DNA of 64,000 bases from Octopus sinensis (GCF_006345805.1 NC_043001.1:120094001-120158000), one strand, 5' to 3'; positions 37,697 through 51,940 are shown, counted from the first letter of the stretch. The notes: generated by a model from the letters alone, not told the origin. Made by a program: numbers and translations.

Positions 37697-38305
37697 TAGT
37701 TTTATTTTTATAGCGTGCTTTCACTTCACTACCGAGCGCAGCTCTGTGTGCCTTGGGTATGTGCTGTGATTTGTTGTGATGCTCTGATGGTTATTGTATG
37801 GAAAGTGTTCTGCGTAGGATGTGTGCAGTGCCTAGTAGTGCAATTTTCTGTATGTTATATGTGTTTGTAAGTCCTGGTGTTTTTGTTATGTATTTGTCTG
37901 AATATTTTTTTATCATGCCTAATGCACCTACTATGATAGGAATTGTTTCTGTTTTCAGGTTCCACATTCTAGTTACTTCTATTTCCAGGTCTTTGTATTT
38001 TGAGAGTTTCTCCATTTCTTTTAGAGACACGTTGTCATCAGCCGGTATTGATACATCAATTAGAAAGCATTTTTTTTCTTCATGATCTCTGACAACTATA
38101 TCTGGTCTGTTGGCCTTAATTTCTCTATCTGTGTGTATCGGCATATCCCAGAGTATGGTTGCTTTCTCGTTTTCTGTGACCTTTTCTGGTGTGTGCCTAT
38201 ACCATATTTTTTCTGTTGTTATTCCATAATGTTTCCATAGCTTCCAATGTATGTAGGTTCCAACTTTGTCATGTCTGTGAATATATTCCTTCTTAGCCAG
38301 GACTG
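37693..38305 (-). mobile_element. 3' end of an R4/Dong-type LINE (RLE domain + 3' UTR) flanked by (TAA)n on both sides
   Basis: KKEYIHRHDKV...TILWDMPIHTDREIKANRPDIVV...LIDVSIP...EKLSKYKDL...ALLGTAHILRRTL, an intact PD..D..K-type RLE. Confidence 0.93.
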
Positions 38306-38306
38306 G

Positions 38307-38368
<62 letters not shown>

Positions 38369-38369
38369 C

Positions 38370-38400
<31 letters not shown>

Positions 38401-38407
38401 TGTAATA

Positions 38408-38614
38408 TAGCGAGCTGACAGAATCGTTAGAACTACGGACAAAATTATTAGCGGCATTTCGTTCGCCTTTTCATTCTGTGTTCAAATTTCTCGGAGGTCG
38501 ACTTCGCCTTTCATCCTTTCGAGGGCGTAAAATAAGTATCAGTTGATTACAGGGGACGATGTAATCGACTTAACCACTTCCCCAAAATTGCTAGCCTTGT
38601 GCCATTGTTAAAAT
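38408..38614 (+). mobile_element. SINE family A
   Basis: A-box and B-box head, family body. Confidence 0.8.
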
Positions 38615-38760
38615 CCATTATCATTATTATCGTCGCCTTCTGTACTGGACTACCACTTTTGAGAAACTGACATTTAGAACGAGATATTATATGTTGTAAA
38701 ATTATGATTGAACTTGACTTTAGAATTTTAAATGATGGGAATGAGAATGTAGTAATGATT

Positions 38761-38960
38761 TCAAGGCCAGAAATTTCGGAGGAGGGGGTAAGTCGATTAT
38801 ATCGACCCCAGTACTCAACTAGTTAGTACTTATTTTACCGATTCCGAAAGGGATGAAAGTAATGTCAACCTCGGTGGAATTTGAACACAGAGCGTACACA
38901 GGGACGAAATGCGGGTAAGCATTTTACTCGGCGTGCTAATGATTCTGCCAACTCGTCGCC
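38761..38960 (-). mobile_element. SINE family A, inverted relative to 38408-38614
   Basis: Reverse-complement family match. Confidence 0.8.
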
Positions 38961-40187
38961 TTAAATGAGAATATAAGAATTAATATTGTTTATATTTTTA
39001 GTTAATAGATTTTGTTTGTTTTCCCCCTTTTTTGTACGCTTTTCGGAGTTGGTGGAGGAGTAGGTTGGAGTGGTGGTGTGGTTTTGCTGTGGTTGTCAAT
39101 ATACACGTCTTTTGAAGAAAAGAATATTATGACATTAATTCTGATTATGATACCTGCAGTGATGTGATGGTTGCTGTGAAGGGGAAGTAACAGGTATTGG
39201 CTTTAAAGTGTAATGTCAATAACTGGGTGGACTCATAGAATCGTCAAAAGATGTTTTGTAACATTTGTTCCATCTCTTTATGTTCTGATTTCAAAAGCTC
39301 CCACCAAAGTCGACTTAACCTTTTATCATTCCGAGATCGATAAAATAAATTTCTTGTCAATTACTGGGGGCGACTTAATCGATTAACTCCTTTCCTAGCT
39401 TTTAAGCCTCGTACTTACGCTAGAAACACATTGTTTCTAGCATAGTGGGGATGGTGGCGTGGATAATGGTTTACGTAGTGAGGGGAGGGGAGATAAGGTT
39501 GCAAAAGGATTTGAGGTTTCGTTTTTGACATCGGTGGTAGCAGCGGTAGAGGTGGAGGTGATGCTGGCAGTAGTGGTGGTGGTAATGATAGTTGCTATAG
39601 TGATGCGTTTAGTGACAGCAGTATTCGTATTAGTTATTGTAGAATCGATGATATTGCATTTATTGAAGAGATAAGATTTCTCTTCGGAATCACTTCAGAA
39701 ATTGATAGATTGTTCTCATCTTTGGTGGTAACACTTATGGTGAAGCGGACAGAGGCAATGGCCGTGATGGTGTCCGTGGTGTTCGTGGTATTGATGGTAG
39801 TGTTGGATGGTGGTGTTGGTGTTGGTGGTAGTGGTGTTGGTGTTGGTGTTGGTGTTGGAAGTGTTGGGTTGATCGATTCTATTTGTTATGGTGTTATGAG
39901 GTTAATTCTGTGACTTTGGTATTTTTGTAGAGCTAAATTGTTTTAGTTTAGACTTAGTTCAGATCTAAATGAACAAGCCGATGACAAAAGTGTTTAAACC
40001 ATCGCAATCCGCTCTTTCTCATGTAGAGTGTACCTGGGACTACATCATCCAATGCGCTCTACCTTTCGCTGTCCTTTCTAGCAGGTCTCCCAACTACTTG
40101 GACGGTTCTCATTGGCTAATGTAATAATGGATGCAAGTGTTGGTATTGTACAAGGTAGTGGTAATGGGGAAAATTGTACAGATGGCT

Positions 40188-40242
<55 letters not shown>

Positions 40243-40646
40243 CAGTAGTAGTAGTAGTAACAGTAGTAGTAAATGGTGATGATGCCAATACAGTTTAGAT
40301 AGTTGTCTTGGCTGTAGAAGATGTAATGGCATTCGTAGCGGCTGCAATGATTTCTGTGTTCATTTATACAAGAAATATCGATGATTTTTGAAGGACGGTT
40401 AAAAGTTTGTGCTGGTCATGGTGGATTTAGTATATATTCGTAGGGTATTTTTTAGAGGTAATATAAGCTATAGAAGTGAGAATGAAAGCTTTAATGCCAT
40501 ACATGCATGAGCATATATATATATATATATAATATATATATATATATAGGATCTTATTAATTTGTTATATATATATATATATATATACCGTTGGCGATTT
40601 TTTCCCTCTGTCTTCCCTTCTCTGGATCTTTCCTTCTCCTATGTTT

Positions 40647-40674
40647 CCGACGAAGAGCTCCGCTCGAAACGTTA
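40647..40674 (+). ncRNA. Degenerate minimal hammerhead-like core within a short repeat-like segment (about 40588-40780)
   Basis: CCGACGA-A-GAGC-tcc-GCTC-GAAAC-GTTA. U4 is mutated to C. Confidence 0.45.
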
Positions 40675-41288
40675 ACCCCTTCTTCTTCCCTTCTTTCTTG
40701 AGCGTCCAATAATACTATATTTGTTCCACACCCTCATGTTGTTGTGTTTTTTTTGTGTTTTCTTGTTTGGATTAACTTTATATATATATATACATATATA
40801 ACAAATTAAAAAGGGTGGCTTATTAGCAATTAGAACCTAAAGGCAAAATTAATAGAGTTCACAAAAGAGATAGAGGGTATTGACTAGCACAGCTTTTGCT
40901 AAAGATAAGAGTCAAATTAACTCAAAGCCACAACGCACTGTCTTAAGTGACACACAAAGGGAGTCAAGTCCCCAATATCTATATATCTATATATATATAA
41001 ATATATAGTAGTAACAGAAAGGAGGAATTTCGATTATCCCCACGTAGTGAGATGTAATATATATAGAAATTAAAAGAGGAAAATACACACACTTTACATA
41101 GTTTTAATATAATTTTTAATATATCGACCGGGTTCGCTTTCGCTATTCATGATATTATAGTTTACTTATTTCAATATATGTATTTTCTTAAGAAGAAATT
41201 TTGTCGATGTTTTTTTAAATTATATTTACGAGTGAATGACTTCACAAGTAGAAAAATAAGGGAAGGTGATTGGTTATCGTCATTATTG

Positions 41289-43100
41289 TTATTGTTGTGG
41301 GCAAGGGAGGTAACTGTGCAGCTTTTGCTCTTTATGTAGAGTCGCTCTCTTTCTCAAGGTCATACTCGTTTGTCCAATATAGTTGTGTCCGCAATCCCAG
41401 CAGGTTATTACACAAATTAGGTTCTCAGAAGCACAAGTAAAACTAGTTTTAATTGTGAACCTCTGTCCTTGTTTGAAAAGGAAATCCGAGCCTTCAAGTA
41501 GGTTGGGGCAGGTTTCACAATTTGGGAGTCCACATTTTTCAACTGTTGGTTTCGTGGTTGTTTTGTAAATCTTAGCATTTGTTTGTAGTCTCTTTAGCGA
41601 TTTGTCTTCCTTTTTGCATTTGATGAGTTTGTGTGTTTTCAGGATGACGTTCATTTTTGGATCTCTAGTTAGTAAAGGAAGATTTTGCACAATAATGTTG
41701 AATACCTCACTGTTTCTGGGGTTGTGTGTTGATATAAATAGTAATGTTTTGAGATGAGGTGTGGTGTTATGTTTTGTTGTTCTTAGTGTTTTTATGTCTA
41801 ATTGTTTGGCACGTTTAATTCCCTCGTCGATAAATGAGGGTGGATATTGTCTTTCAGTAAGCGTTATTTTGAGGTCTTGAAGACGAAAATCCCGTGTTAT
41901 TCTATCAGACACTATTGTGCAATTCCTTTTTGCCAAATTGAAAGGGATGTTTCGGGTGGCATGAGTTAAAGAGGAGATAATGTTTTGAATCAGTCGGTTT
42001 ATAATAGATGTCAGTAATGATTTGATTGTTGAATTTTTTATCATGATGTCTAAAAATGGGAGTTGTTCTTTGTTATATTCTATTGTGAATCGAATGTTAC
42101 TATTTACATCATTTAGTGTTGATTTGAAATCCAAAAGTTTGTCGATGTTCTCCTTTCAAATGATAAAACAGTCATCCAGGTATCTTTTCCAATTTTCTCT
42201 TATGTAGAGGTAAAATGGGTAACCATATTTCTGAACTGATACTTTATATAAGGTAAATTCTAAATACCCCATTATTAGGTTCGCACGAACAGGGGCTGCT
42301 TTCGTTCCCATCGCAATTCCGCAAATCTGACGATAGTATGTGTCATCAAATAGGAAATAATTGTTCTGAAGTATAAATTTTAAAGATTCAATAATAAAGA
42401 TCTGATTTATGCGTTCCGGGAGTTCTTCGTGGTACTTTTCCAACTTTAATTTAAATGCATTTATTCCATAGTCATTGGGGATGTTGGTGTAAATATTGAT
42501 AACATCGAGGGTAACCAATATTGCCTCTTCATTAATTGTTTTTGGTAGGTGTTCTAGCATGTCTAAATCATCTCTAATAAAACTTTTGAAGTATTTCAGC
42601 AAGGGCTTCAGTAGGATGTCTAGAAAATTGCTTAGGCGGTGGGTTTCACAGGCTGGCCCAGCTACAATGGGTCTTAAAGTTAAATCTTCTGGCGTTTGGA
42701 TATTTATGTATTTGCCAGGGAATTGTTTGCAGGTTTCATAGATTATCTTGCTGTTGTGTATTTTAGGAAGGCCGTAAAAAAGACTGGGTTTACATTTGAA
42801 GTTAGTGATGTAGTCTGTTTCTTTTTCTGTCAAGCCTTTTCCATGTAGAAGAATTAAGGAAGCAAGACCTTTCATTGTTTTTTGTTGTTTATAGTTTATA
42901 ACTTTTTTGTAGAAGGCCTCGTTTTCCAGTATGGATAATACTAGTTTTTTATAGTGTCCTGAGTCCATCAGAACTACAGCACTTCCTTTGTCTGCTTCTT
43001 TAATTGCCAGGTCTTTCTCGTTTTGAAGTTCAATTAGAATTTTCCATTCTAGATTGTTAAGGTTAAGATTAATTTTTCGTTTATTGGATGTATAATGGAA
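41289..43100 (-). mobile_element. Penelope-like element (RT + GIY-YIG), degenerate
   Basis: EADKGSAVV, LFYGLPKIH, LRPIV, TLDVINIYTNIP, GIAMGTKAAP, KRYLDDCF, LPFLDIMI, CGLPNCETC, NLICVITC..CGHNYIGQT. Confidence 0.93.
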
Positions 43101-43140
43101 ATTTTGGATATGGTCGTATATACATACATACATACATACA

Positions 43141-43173
<33 letters not shown>

Positions 43174-44213
43174 GTACTTATTCATAAATATACATACATA
43201 TACACACACATACACACATATACCTGTTTATTTAACTGTTAATTGCTGCTGCTGCTTTATTGTTGCTTATGGAAAGAGAGGGAGAGAGTGATTACAATGA
43301 AATGAGAGAGAGGGTAACTATCCTTCTCAATAGGTGAAAACCGCCTCTATGTTTATATTTTTTTTCTACGTTGAGAGATCTTTTTCCTGCAAGCGAAAAG
43401 AGGGAAAGAACATAAAATATCTTCATATTTCCATGTAATTCATCTTTTAGATATTCCAGTACTTGTAGATAGCATGCAATCCACAGCATCATTTTGCCCT
43501 TGTTTCGGCTCTTCAGCACAATATAACGCGCCATCTTGATATTTTCTAATGTATTGTCATTCAAAAATTAAAAATCAAATACGTTTGATTTTTCTTTTCC
43601 TTTTCCCCTTTTATGAGAGGAAGGGATAAGATAGAGACAGATAGAGAAAAGCCTCAGAATTACACTTAAATACTTTCGATTTTTCTATTTTATTCTTTGT
43701 CAGTGCAGAAAAATAGGAGAGAGATAGAGATAGAAACTGGGGAAGTGTCTTTTGTGATATATATATATAACTCTACACATAGTCACATACAGACAGGTAT
43801 ACAGATACACACACACACACACGTGCGCGCACCCACATGCAGATATATTATTGAACACTTGAAGACTTACTTTTAAACTCAATGCCTACAAGGAAGCAGG
43901 AAAAATTATAAACTACGCAGTACTTTCATAACCTAGAGACATTATAGATTCGCTGGTGGGGTTGTGAAAACGTTAATCTCATTGACATGACATTCTATTG
44001 ACACGGTCAAGAGCAGATCTTGATTCTATAAGTAAAAACTTATGACAGGCATTTCATAATAACTGAAGCTGGATGCGTGAAAAATAGCAGAATGGCAGTG
44101 TGAAACGTGATTGGCAAAAAGAGTAAAAAACTGAGAAAAACAGAAAAGAAAGAAAAGAGACAATATGCTGCGATTAGGAAAAGAAAAGAAAACAAGATAG
44201 ACAGACAGATAGG

Positions 44214-44254
<41 letters not shown>

Positions 44255-44620
44255 TGTTAGATAGATGAATAGATAGATAGACAGACAGATAGATAGATAG
44301 ATAGATAGATAGACAGACAGATAGATAGGTAGACAGATACACGCAAGGAGATACATACACACTTACATTTATATGTGTGTGTGTGTGTGTGCGTGTAGGG
44401 GTGTTTGGTGCGCACGCGTGCTTGTGTGTATGAGTGTATTTTAAATGATTATATTGATAGTGACTTCAAAGTTTCACCCGTGGTTATACGAATAATCTCT
44501 GAATTATTAAATGCGTCTGACTCTAAAGCTGTAGTTTCTATTTTTTCAGTTATTGTTCACAATTTTTAATGTTATATGTTTTATGATTATGAAAATATCA
44601 TCCAACTACATGTAGATATA

Positions 44621-44701
<81 letters not shown>

Positions 44702-45071
44702 AAATGTATAAATAGAGAGAAAAAGAGAGACGTAGTAGAGTGAACGCGAGAAAAAACACAGAACTAAGGAAATCAGCAAGAGAAAAAATGTAAAAAGTGC
44801 TTAAGTCAACGAGTGAAAGAAATGTGTGCGTAGGAATGGAGGGATAGAAAAGAAGGGAAAAGAATGCACGGAGCTAATGACGAGTTACGAAAGAAAATGA
44901 GAAATAGTAAATAAAGAGTGCTGTGTCTTCCTCTATAGAAGAATGGTTTTGATAGCTTGATTATATGAATAACTGAGAGGGAAAAAAAATATATATTTAT
45001 ACATATATATATATATATATATAGACACGAACATACATGTTTTTATATATATATATATATATAGGCATATA

Positions 45072-45790
45072 TTGGGTTGAGAAATAATTCGTGAGCGTTT
45101 TTTTTTTTTTTCGAATTTAAAAAGGTACGCAAAAATAAAATGCATTGGAAAAATATTTTATGCTATTTAAAAGAAGATTTCTTTACTCTACATGCTAGTG
45201 TGTTTTGATTTTCTAATTTTATTAATTTTGGTACATTTCAAGATCATTAAAATAAAATGTGAAGTGGAGAAAACTGAGCATTTTTGACACCATTTACTTT
45301 TTCCATTTAATCGAGGCGTTAAGACTGCCGAAGCTGCTCGTGAGATTTGTGCTGTGTAAGGAGAAGGAATGATTCCTCAAAGAATCGCCCGGCGTTGGTT
45401 TTTGCGCTTCAAAAAATGGGAATTTTGACCTCAAGGACAGATCACACATCGGTCGATCCATTGAGTTCAATAAAGAACGATTGAATCAACTTCTTCACGA
45501 AAATTCACGTCAAACAACCAGAGAATTGGCGGAGCAAATGGATTGTGATAAAAAAAAAAAAAAAACTGTGGTGAACCACCTTCATTCAATGGGCAAGCTT
45601 CAGAAATTCGACAATTAGATGCCACACACTTTGAGTGAAAGCAACAATAATCAACGCCGCAATCGCCGCCAGTTTGCTCGCACGACATCGCTCAACACAT
45701 GGATACAAACAGCGTTTTGTTGTCACTGGGAATGAAAAATGGTGCCTTTATGTTAATATGAAGCAGCGAAAAGAATGTATCAGCCGCGAC
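45072..45790 (+). mobile_element. Mariner transposon, 5' half, degenerate
   Basis: TA followed by the TIR-like TTGGGTTGAGAAATAATTCGTG. HTH region (AAREICAV..RWFLRFK..FDLKD..TTRELAE), WVPHEL-like MPHTLSE and TGNEKW. Confidence 0.9.
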
Positions 45791-45836
45791 AATCATACAT
45801 ACATTCACACACACACACACACCACACACACACACA

Positions 45837-45877
<41 letters not shown>

Positions 45878-46155
45878 CCGATAGATAGATACACTTAGGC
45901 ATATACATACATGTATATACACACACAAATATATTCATATATATTATATACGCATGTAATTATAATTTCATTTGCGTATTAACTATGGAGTTTACTCACT
46001 TAATCTTATCGATGGTTACAAATGTGTACATGATAGTGTGTGTGTGTGTGTGCTTGATGTCAGTTGGTCATCTTCGAACCGAAGGACGAACATTATTATT
46101 ATTATGCATATATGTATGTACAAGTATGTACATGCATGCATGTAAGCAGGCTTAC

Positions 46156-46307
46156 ATAATAATGCATCAATGTTGGTATGTCTACGTCCAGAATTTAATT
46201 CCATTGAATTTATGAAGATGTTCCAAAAAGGCCGATAATCCTTAATTTTTTCCTCGCCTCTGACGGCGTCTCTTACAGCTGTCACACCCACCATGGCACT
46301 TTCCCCT
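46156..46307 (-). CDS. Candidate 152-nt exon (GESAMVGVTAVRDAVRGEEKIKDYRPFWNIFINSMELNSGRRHTNIDALL)
   Basis: Acceptor CTTCTTATCGTCTATTCCAG|, donor |GTAAGC, locally higher GC. An alternative internal donor would give RGKCHGGCDS. Confidence 0.35.
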
Positions 46308-48341
46308 CTGGAATAGACGATAAGAAGTATCAACAGTCCACGAAGGTACATCAATATCAAAACCTATGAGTGCTTTCTTTATTTCTTGTAATTTTATATC
46401 GCTGGTCATATTGGCTACGTTCGATATTGGAATTTATCGAACAAGATCATCTTCGGCAGTCGATATTCTGACGTTCTTTGAACGTTCACAATTCATTTCA
46501 GCTAGTAATGCAACGTCCCAACCACAATGTTATTGAATCTGGTGCGATAAAGGTTTTCGTAATTCGCAACAAGGTCTTGAGAACATATGCGCATATGTTT
46601 ATATCAAGGGATCTCAAACATTTTTTATCTATGGACCCCTTTGATTACTATTTTATTCCGGTGGAACCCCGTCGAAATTCGATGTTTAAAAACTAGTTTT
46701 ATAGAAACTTCTTTCAAAATTCCTCTTTTGTTTTCCACAAATTAACTTGTGTAGGTTGAACTATGTAAAATGTTTAAGAAATCTGGCTGTTTCCTGCAAT
46801 ACATACCAATAGATCTAAAGCAAAAAGTTTTCAGGAGAACTTAAAATACTATTGTGAATCCCTAATTTACTATTTTCTTGTGTGAACCCCCACCACACCC
46901 ACTCTAAACCTTATATGGACCTTCGGAGGCCATGTGAACCTTGGTAAACCACTGCTGTATATGGAAGCCTTTTCACATTTTTAAAACTCTTCCGAGTCGT
47001 ATCCGTACAGAAGTGCTAAAACCCACTTTGTAAACTATCAGCTAATTGCATATATTGATTCCATGGCAACAGAAGTTTATTTTGCACAGTTTCTCGAGTC
47101 TACCGAGATTGCCAAAACAAAATATGTGAAAACGAATGCAATTTCGAATCAATGGTAACATTGTAGTAAATATTTCCCAGATAAAAGAAATGATTAACAG
47201 TGTGGAAATTCCAATCGAATTCCATGGTACCGATTATAGCATAGTTGCAAAGTATGGAATGTTTCCGCCGAAAAGTCTGTTTTGTCAGCTCTTCATAAAG
47301 ACTCTTTACAATTCTTAAGAATTCTTTAGAAGCTTCTACATAGTGTCACGTGTCACTGAAATGAAAGTTTCGACATGATCACAAAAAATGTGTGTATAGA
47401 GTCCTATGCTATTCTAGACACTTTTATTTATGAAAGTGTAATAAGTAAAAGGTCACAACGACTGTTCCATGGTCGAGTTAAAACCCTCATTGGCTTTCCG
47501 GACGAATTTATTCTGGAGTGGGAATCATTCCATCAAGAAATTTTGCAGAAATTTCTCCAGCAACAAGAGAAGAGAAAAATCTCGGTAATTTACCGCGGTG
47601 TGTGTTCTCTGTTTGTAAACGTTATTATGAATCTACGAATACTTTGCTTCGTCCCACATACGGATGATAATGTAATACATTCTAGGAAGTTGGAGTTGAT
47701 AACTACATTTCATACTTTACCCCGGTGTTTTATTTGATCATACAGGTTCGTTGGCCTTCAATTTCGAGACCGAGAAAAAAGCATCCAAATGTAATGTAAC
47801 AAATTGATTCGAATATTTTCAATGCACTAATGTGATGCGTTTGACGGAAGAATTAAAAAAATTTCGTAATATTTATGCAACTTTGCAGTATAGCACCTTT
47901 TAAAAATTAGATTCCGATTTCCGTTCGCAATTTGGACAGGAAGAATTTTCTCTGTTGTTTCCTGTTTGCATAGGCGTTCATGTATCAATCCAACATAGAT
48001 TCTTTTGTATTATTAAGGTTTCGTTGTATTCCTGATTCGAATTCATGATAATCCCTGTCTTTTACTTTACAATGTGGATTGTTCTGTTTATAAAGATACG
48101 ATTTATAGAGTTTCTGTTTATAAACTTTCTATTCCGATTAGTGTTTTTATTCTGTCATGAAATAAATTTCAATTGTTCTCGTTGTCAATGAACGGAGTCA
48201 CGGTTTTCTTCTGATTTAAGAACGATTCATTCTTCCTACCAAAATCACTCCGAGCAGATGGATTACAAATAACTTTTGCTCAAAGCACTACGATAATTGA
48301 AAATATTGGAATATTGAACATCATACGTATATAATCTCTCC

Positions 48342-48380
<39 letters not shown>

Positions 48381-48479
48381 TTTATCTATCTGCCTATCTA
48401 TCTATAACTATTCCTATATATACACAAATGCACATACTCACTAACATGCACAGACAACTGCATACATACACATATTCAC

Positions 48480-48615
48480 ACGACCGCTTTGTTCAAAGCC
48501 TCCCTGGACCTCAAGTGGCCTGAACTCTTTACATGAACACCACCTTGTACTTAACTCCATGTCCCCCTACATGGCCTTGCTATTTGCTTTTGAGCCAAAT
48601 TAACTAACTAACTAA
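48480..48615 (+). mobile_element. 3' tip of a CR1-like LINE
   Basis: LFKASLDLKWPELFT* followed by a short UTR and an (AACT)n tail. Confidence 0.55.
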
Positions 48616-49777
48616 CATATAAATACATACCTGCATATTCATGGTACGTACACACGACACAGTACCAACTTGGAAACCGTTAATATACTTGGTAATCTTC
48701 TAATAAAACAATGAACGTAGTGTTTATATATATTTGATGAACCTTCAATCTTTATTGCTGGCCAAACATATTCTTTGAAGCGATTGTCTTTAGCCGCAAC
48801 ATTCTCAGGCAAACACGATCTGTTTATTAATACAAAATGCAAGCAAGCATAATACATCATTATGCATACATAATACAAAGAATAATGGCGGGAACAACTC
48901 TCAAAGCAACTATAAGATATAAGCATAACAAGCCAGAAAAGGATATGGGTCAAAGAAAAAGAGAGTGTACAGAAGTAGAAATAAGAACTCTTACAGATGT
49001 TAGACCTGTATGTTAAAGTTAAAAAAACAAGAAACACACTATAGCGAGCTTATGAGAAATCCATGGACGACACCCCGACTATATCTTTAAAAAATACTAT
49101 TGATTACTGGGACAAGAATTTATCATTAGAAGTAATGTTTTTTTTCTCTCCCCTGTGGATACAATTTTAGTTAACAAATACATTTATAAAATGCGTGTGA
49201 TTAGTTGTTTGGTACAGAAAATAAAATAAATTATGCACAATTATAAAATCCAACTGCATTGGAGATGTGAAATTATGTCCAAAATATCAATGAGATTGTT
49301 AATATATATGAACAGATCCTTTAAAACTTATAGTTTCTCTACCTAGATTATAACTTCATATTTATACCTATAAACATTCGTGTGCACAGTTATGTTAGAA
49401 AAAAACTTAAGTGACAAACTCGGAAAGTTAAGGATTTTCAAGCAAAGAAAGTGATCAGCTAGTGCATTCTAGAAATACAAACTATAGCAAAATTGATAGG
49501 CCATAATTTTCAAAGTCCAATTTCTAGTAATGGAGCTTTTGTTTCATTGTTAAGAACAGTCTCCTTCTTTGTAGGAAATGAATGATAGTATAAACACATA
49601 TATAAAAACATTCAAACAAATGTACTTAGATGCATAAAAGCTGACCTACATACAAAAATACATGAGGCACGCCTATATCGAATGGGGAAGCTCAGAAGTC
49701 TTCAGTAAAATAAGTTTAAATTGTTCCTCTATAATTTCGGAGACCTTATTCTGTTTAGGTTTTATCTGGTTAATGTA

Positions 49778-50164
49778 TCTCTCTCTATATATAAACGGCA
49801 GTTTGTCTGTGCGTGTTTCTGTGTGTCTGTTTGCTTGTACCCTCACCCTCACCACGGCTTTCAACCGATTCTAATGAAACTTGACACACACATAGCCCAA
49901 TGTCATAATTCAAAACTAACGCAGCGAAAATTTTGAAAAGTTCCCCCAGTTCTGAAAAAAATCGATAAATTCGACATGGGGTCGAGAATCAGAAACACAA
50001 ACTAAAAACTGTCTAGGGGACGCAACTCCAACTTTTTAAACTCTCAAACAAAAATTTACCATCATTTTTTTCCATTTTTTTGCTATTTTTGGGCTATAAC
50101 TCTCTAAAAATGCTTTATAGTTATTTCCCTTACAAACCTGAGCAACGCCGGGCGATACTGCTAG
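49778..50164 (+). mobile_element. Non-autonomous Helitron
   Basis: A|TC 5' end, subterminal hairpin CCTGAGC-AAC-GCCGGG, CTAG|T 3' end. Confidence 0.8.
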
Positions 50165-51512
50165 TATGATATACAATGAGAAACAAATTATTCAAGCTTA
50201 GACTCTCTGTGCAGCTTAACAGCTCCTATAGCAGATATCTTTCGTTGTCTGAAGTTTCTATCTCAGATAGCAAGTGTTATTCCAACCCTTGTAATACCAG
50301 TTAATTCTAGATATATTCAAATTTCCTTAAAAGATACAATAGGTGGTATAGATAATACAAACAAAGCGCTGATATCATAATAGACACCGAAAGAGATTAC
50401 ATCAACGAATCATTATTAGCAGTATTAAATTTCAAACCGTAAGTCTTATATCAGAGAATGAAATGAACCAGTCATTTTAACAGAAATAGCTGCTCACAGA
50501 TGAAATCTTCAGAACATACTGACCTATAACACAGGAATGAATAGAGGGATTTCCTCTACAATGCATCATGGATGGATCGAATCATTAACAGAATGCTATA
50601 CAAATATCAAAGTAAAATATACATTATCAACTTGGAAGCATTCACTAGAACTCTGGATAAGATGTCTAGTGATAAGGCACAAGTGAATTTGGAATAATCT
50701 ATTGATGTTCTACAGATAATAACATACAAATACGTATTTAAATATAAGGATAGCAAAATATATAACAAACTGGCTTGCCATATCACAAGTAAATCTTGTA
50801 GCCAAGAGTGAAGACATCCGTTTTCCAAAGCATTCTAGGCTAGTTGATTGCTTACACATTACATATAAGTGTCAAATAAACTGTTGAAACAAATTCCACA
50901 GAGACCATTTCGTGTTCAATTTATTGCAACAAGTGAATAGATGCGTAGAACGAGTGCCATATTGGTAAGAGCTGGACAATTTTTAATCTATGAATCTACG
51001 GTATGTTGTAAAAGAAGTCACCACTGAAACCGTTTCACACTCTGGCTTCTCTTCGTTATTGATTGCTAATTGATTGACTGCACCCGGCGGAAGTACCAAT
51101 TGTTCTAGTTACTCGTAATGAAAGATTCATAAGAATGTTGCCACAGCACAGCGACTATCTCTGTTGCCATATAACTTCCAGAGAAATCTCAGAGGTCTCT
51201 GTTTATGATGGCACAACCTATTATATTGTGTAGTCAAGAGCAACGAATATTGCTTTCACTGAACCTTTCAGGGGCACATGACCACTTCTGGTTGATATGA
51301 GGCAGATCTGTGGATATGGATTTATAGAAGCCGTATGGTAGTCACTGAAGAGGGAGTAAGTTTCAAAGTGTGAAAAGAAATTGTTGTTAACTGCCCATGT
51401 TTGAGATATTGAACATAAGAATGGTTGATCGAGAGTTGACATGTCATCTCTGGATGAAACAGCGTGATAAGACTCGAAATATTAAATTGCATCCCTATGT
51501 ATGTATATATAT

Positions 51513-51555
<43 letters not shown>

Positions 51556-51578
51556 ATATTATATATATATATATATAT

Positions 51579-51612
<34 letters not shown>

Positions 51613-51709
51613 CATATATATGTATATATATACATACATCTACACATTATACATATTCATATAATATAATGTAATACATCTAGCTAGCTATTTAGCTATC
51701 ATGTATATA

Positions 51710-51940
51710 CAGGTGACCCAAAAGTGGATTTACAGTTGTTCAACTACATCTGTCGCATTCATATATTAACAGTTTAGATCTTAATTATTAAAAAATACAA
51801 AACCATTATTCTATGCTAATTTAGTTAATTCTGTTAAGTTTCCTTTTCAGTTTGTAAGATAGAAATTTAAATGTAATAAAATGTTTTAAAAGGAATTCAA
51901 AGTTTCTACGTGATAACTGTAAACCTACTTTTGGGCCACC

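Noticed and set aside
47070-47320. Possible very old LINE RT remnant (LRIVKSLYEE; YLG..VTIDSKL..HI)
   Set aside because: Only scattered motif resemblance with wrong spacing; not supportable by eye.
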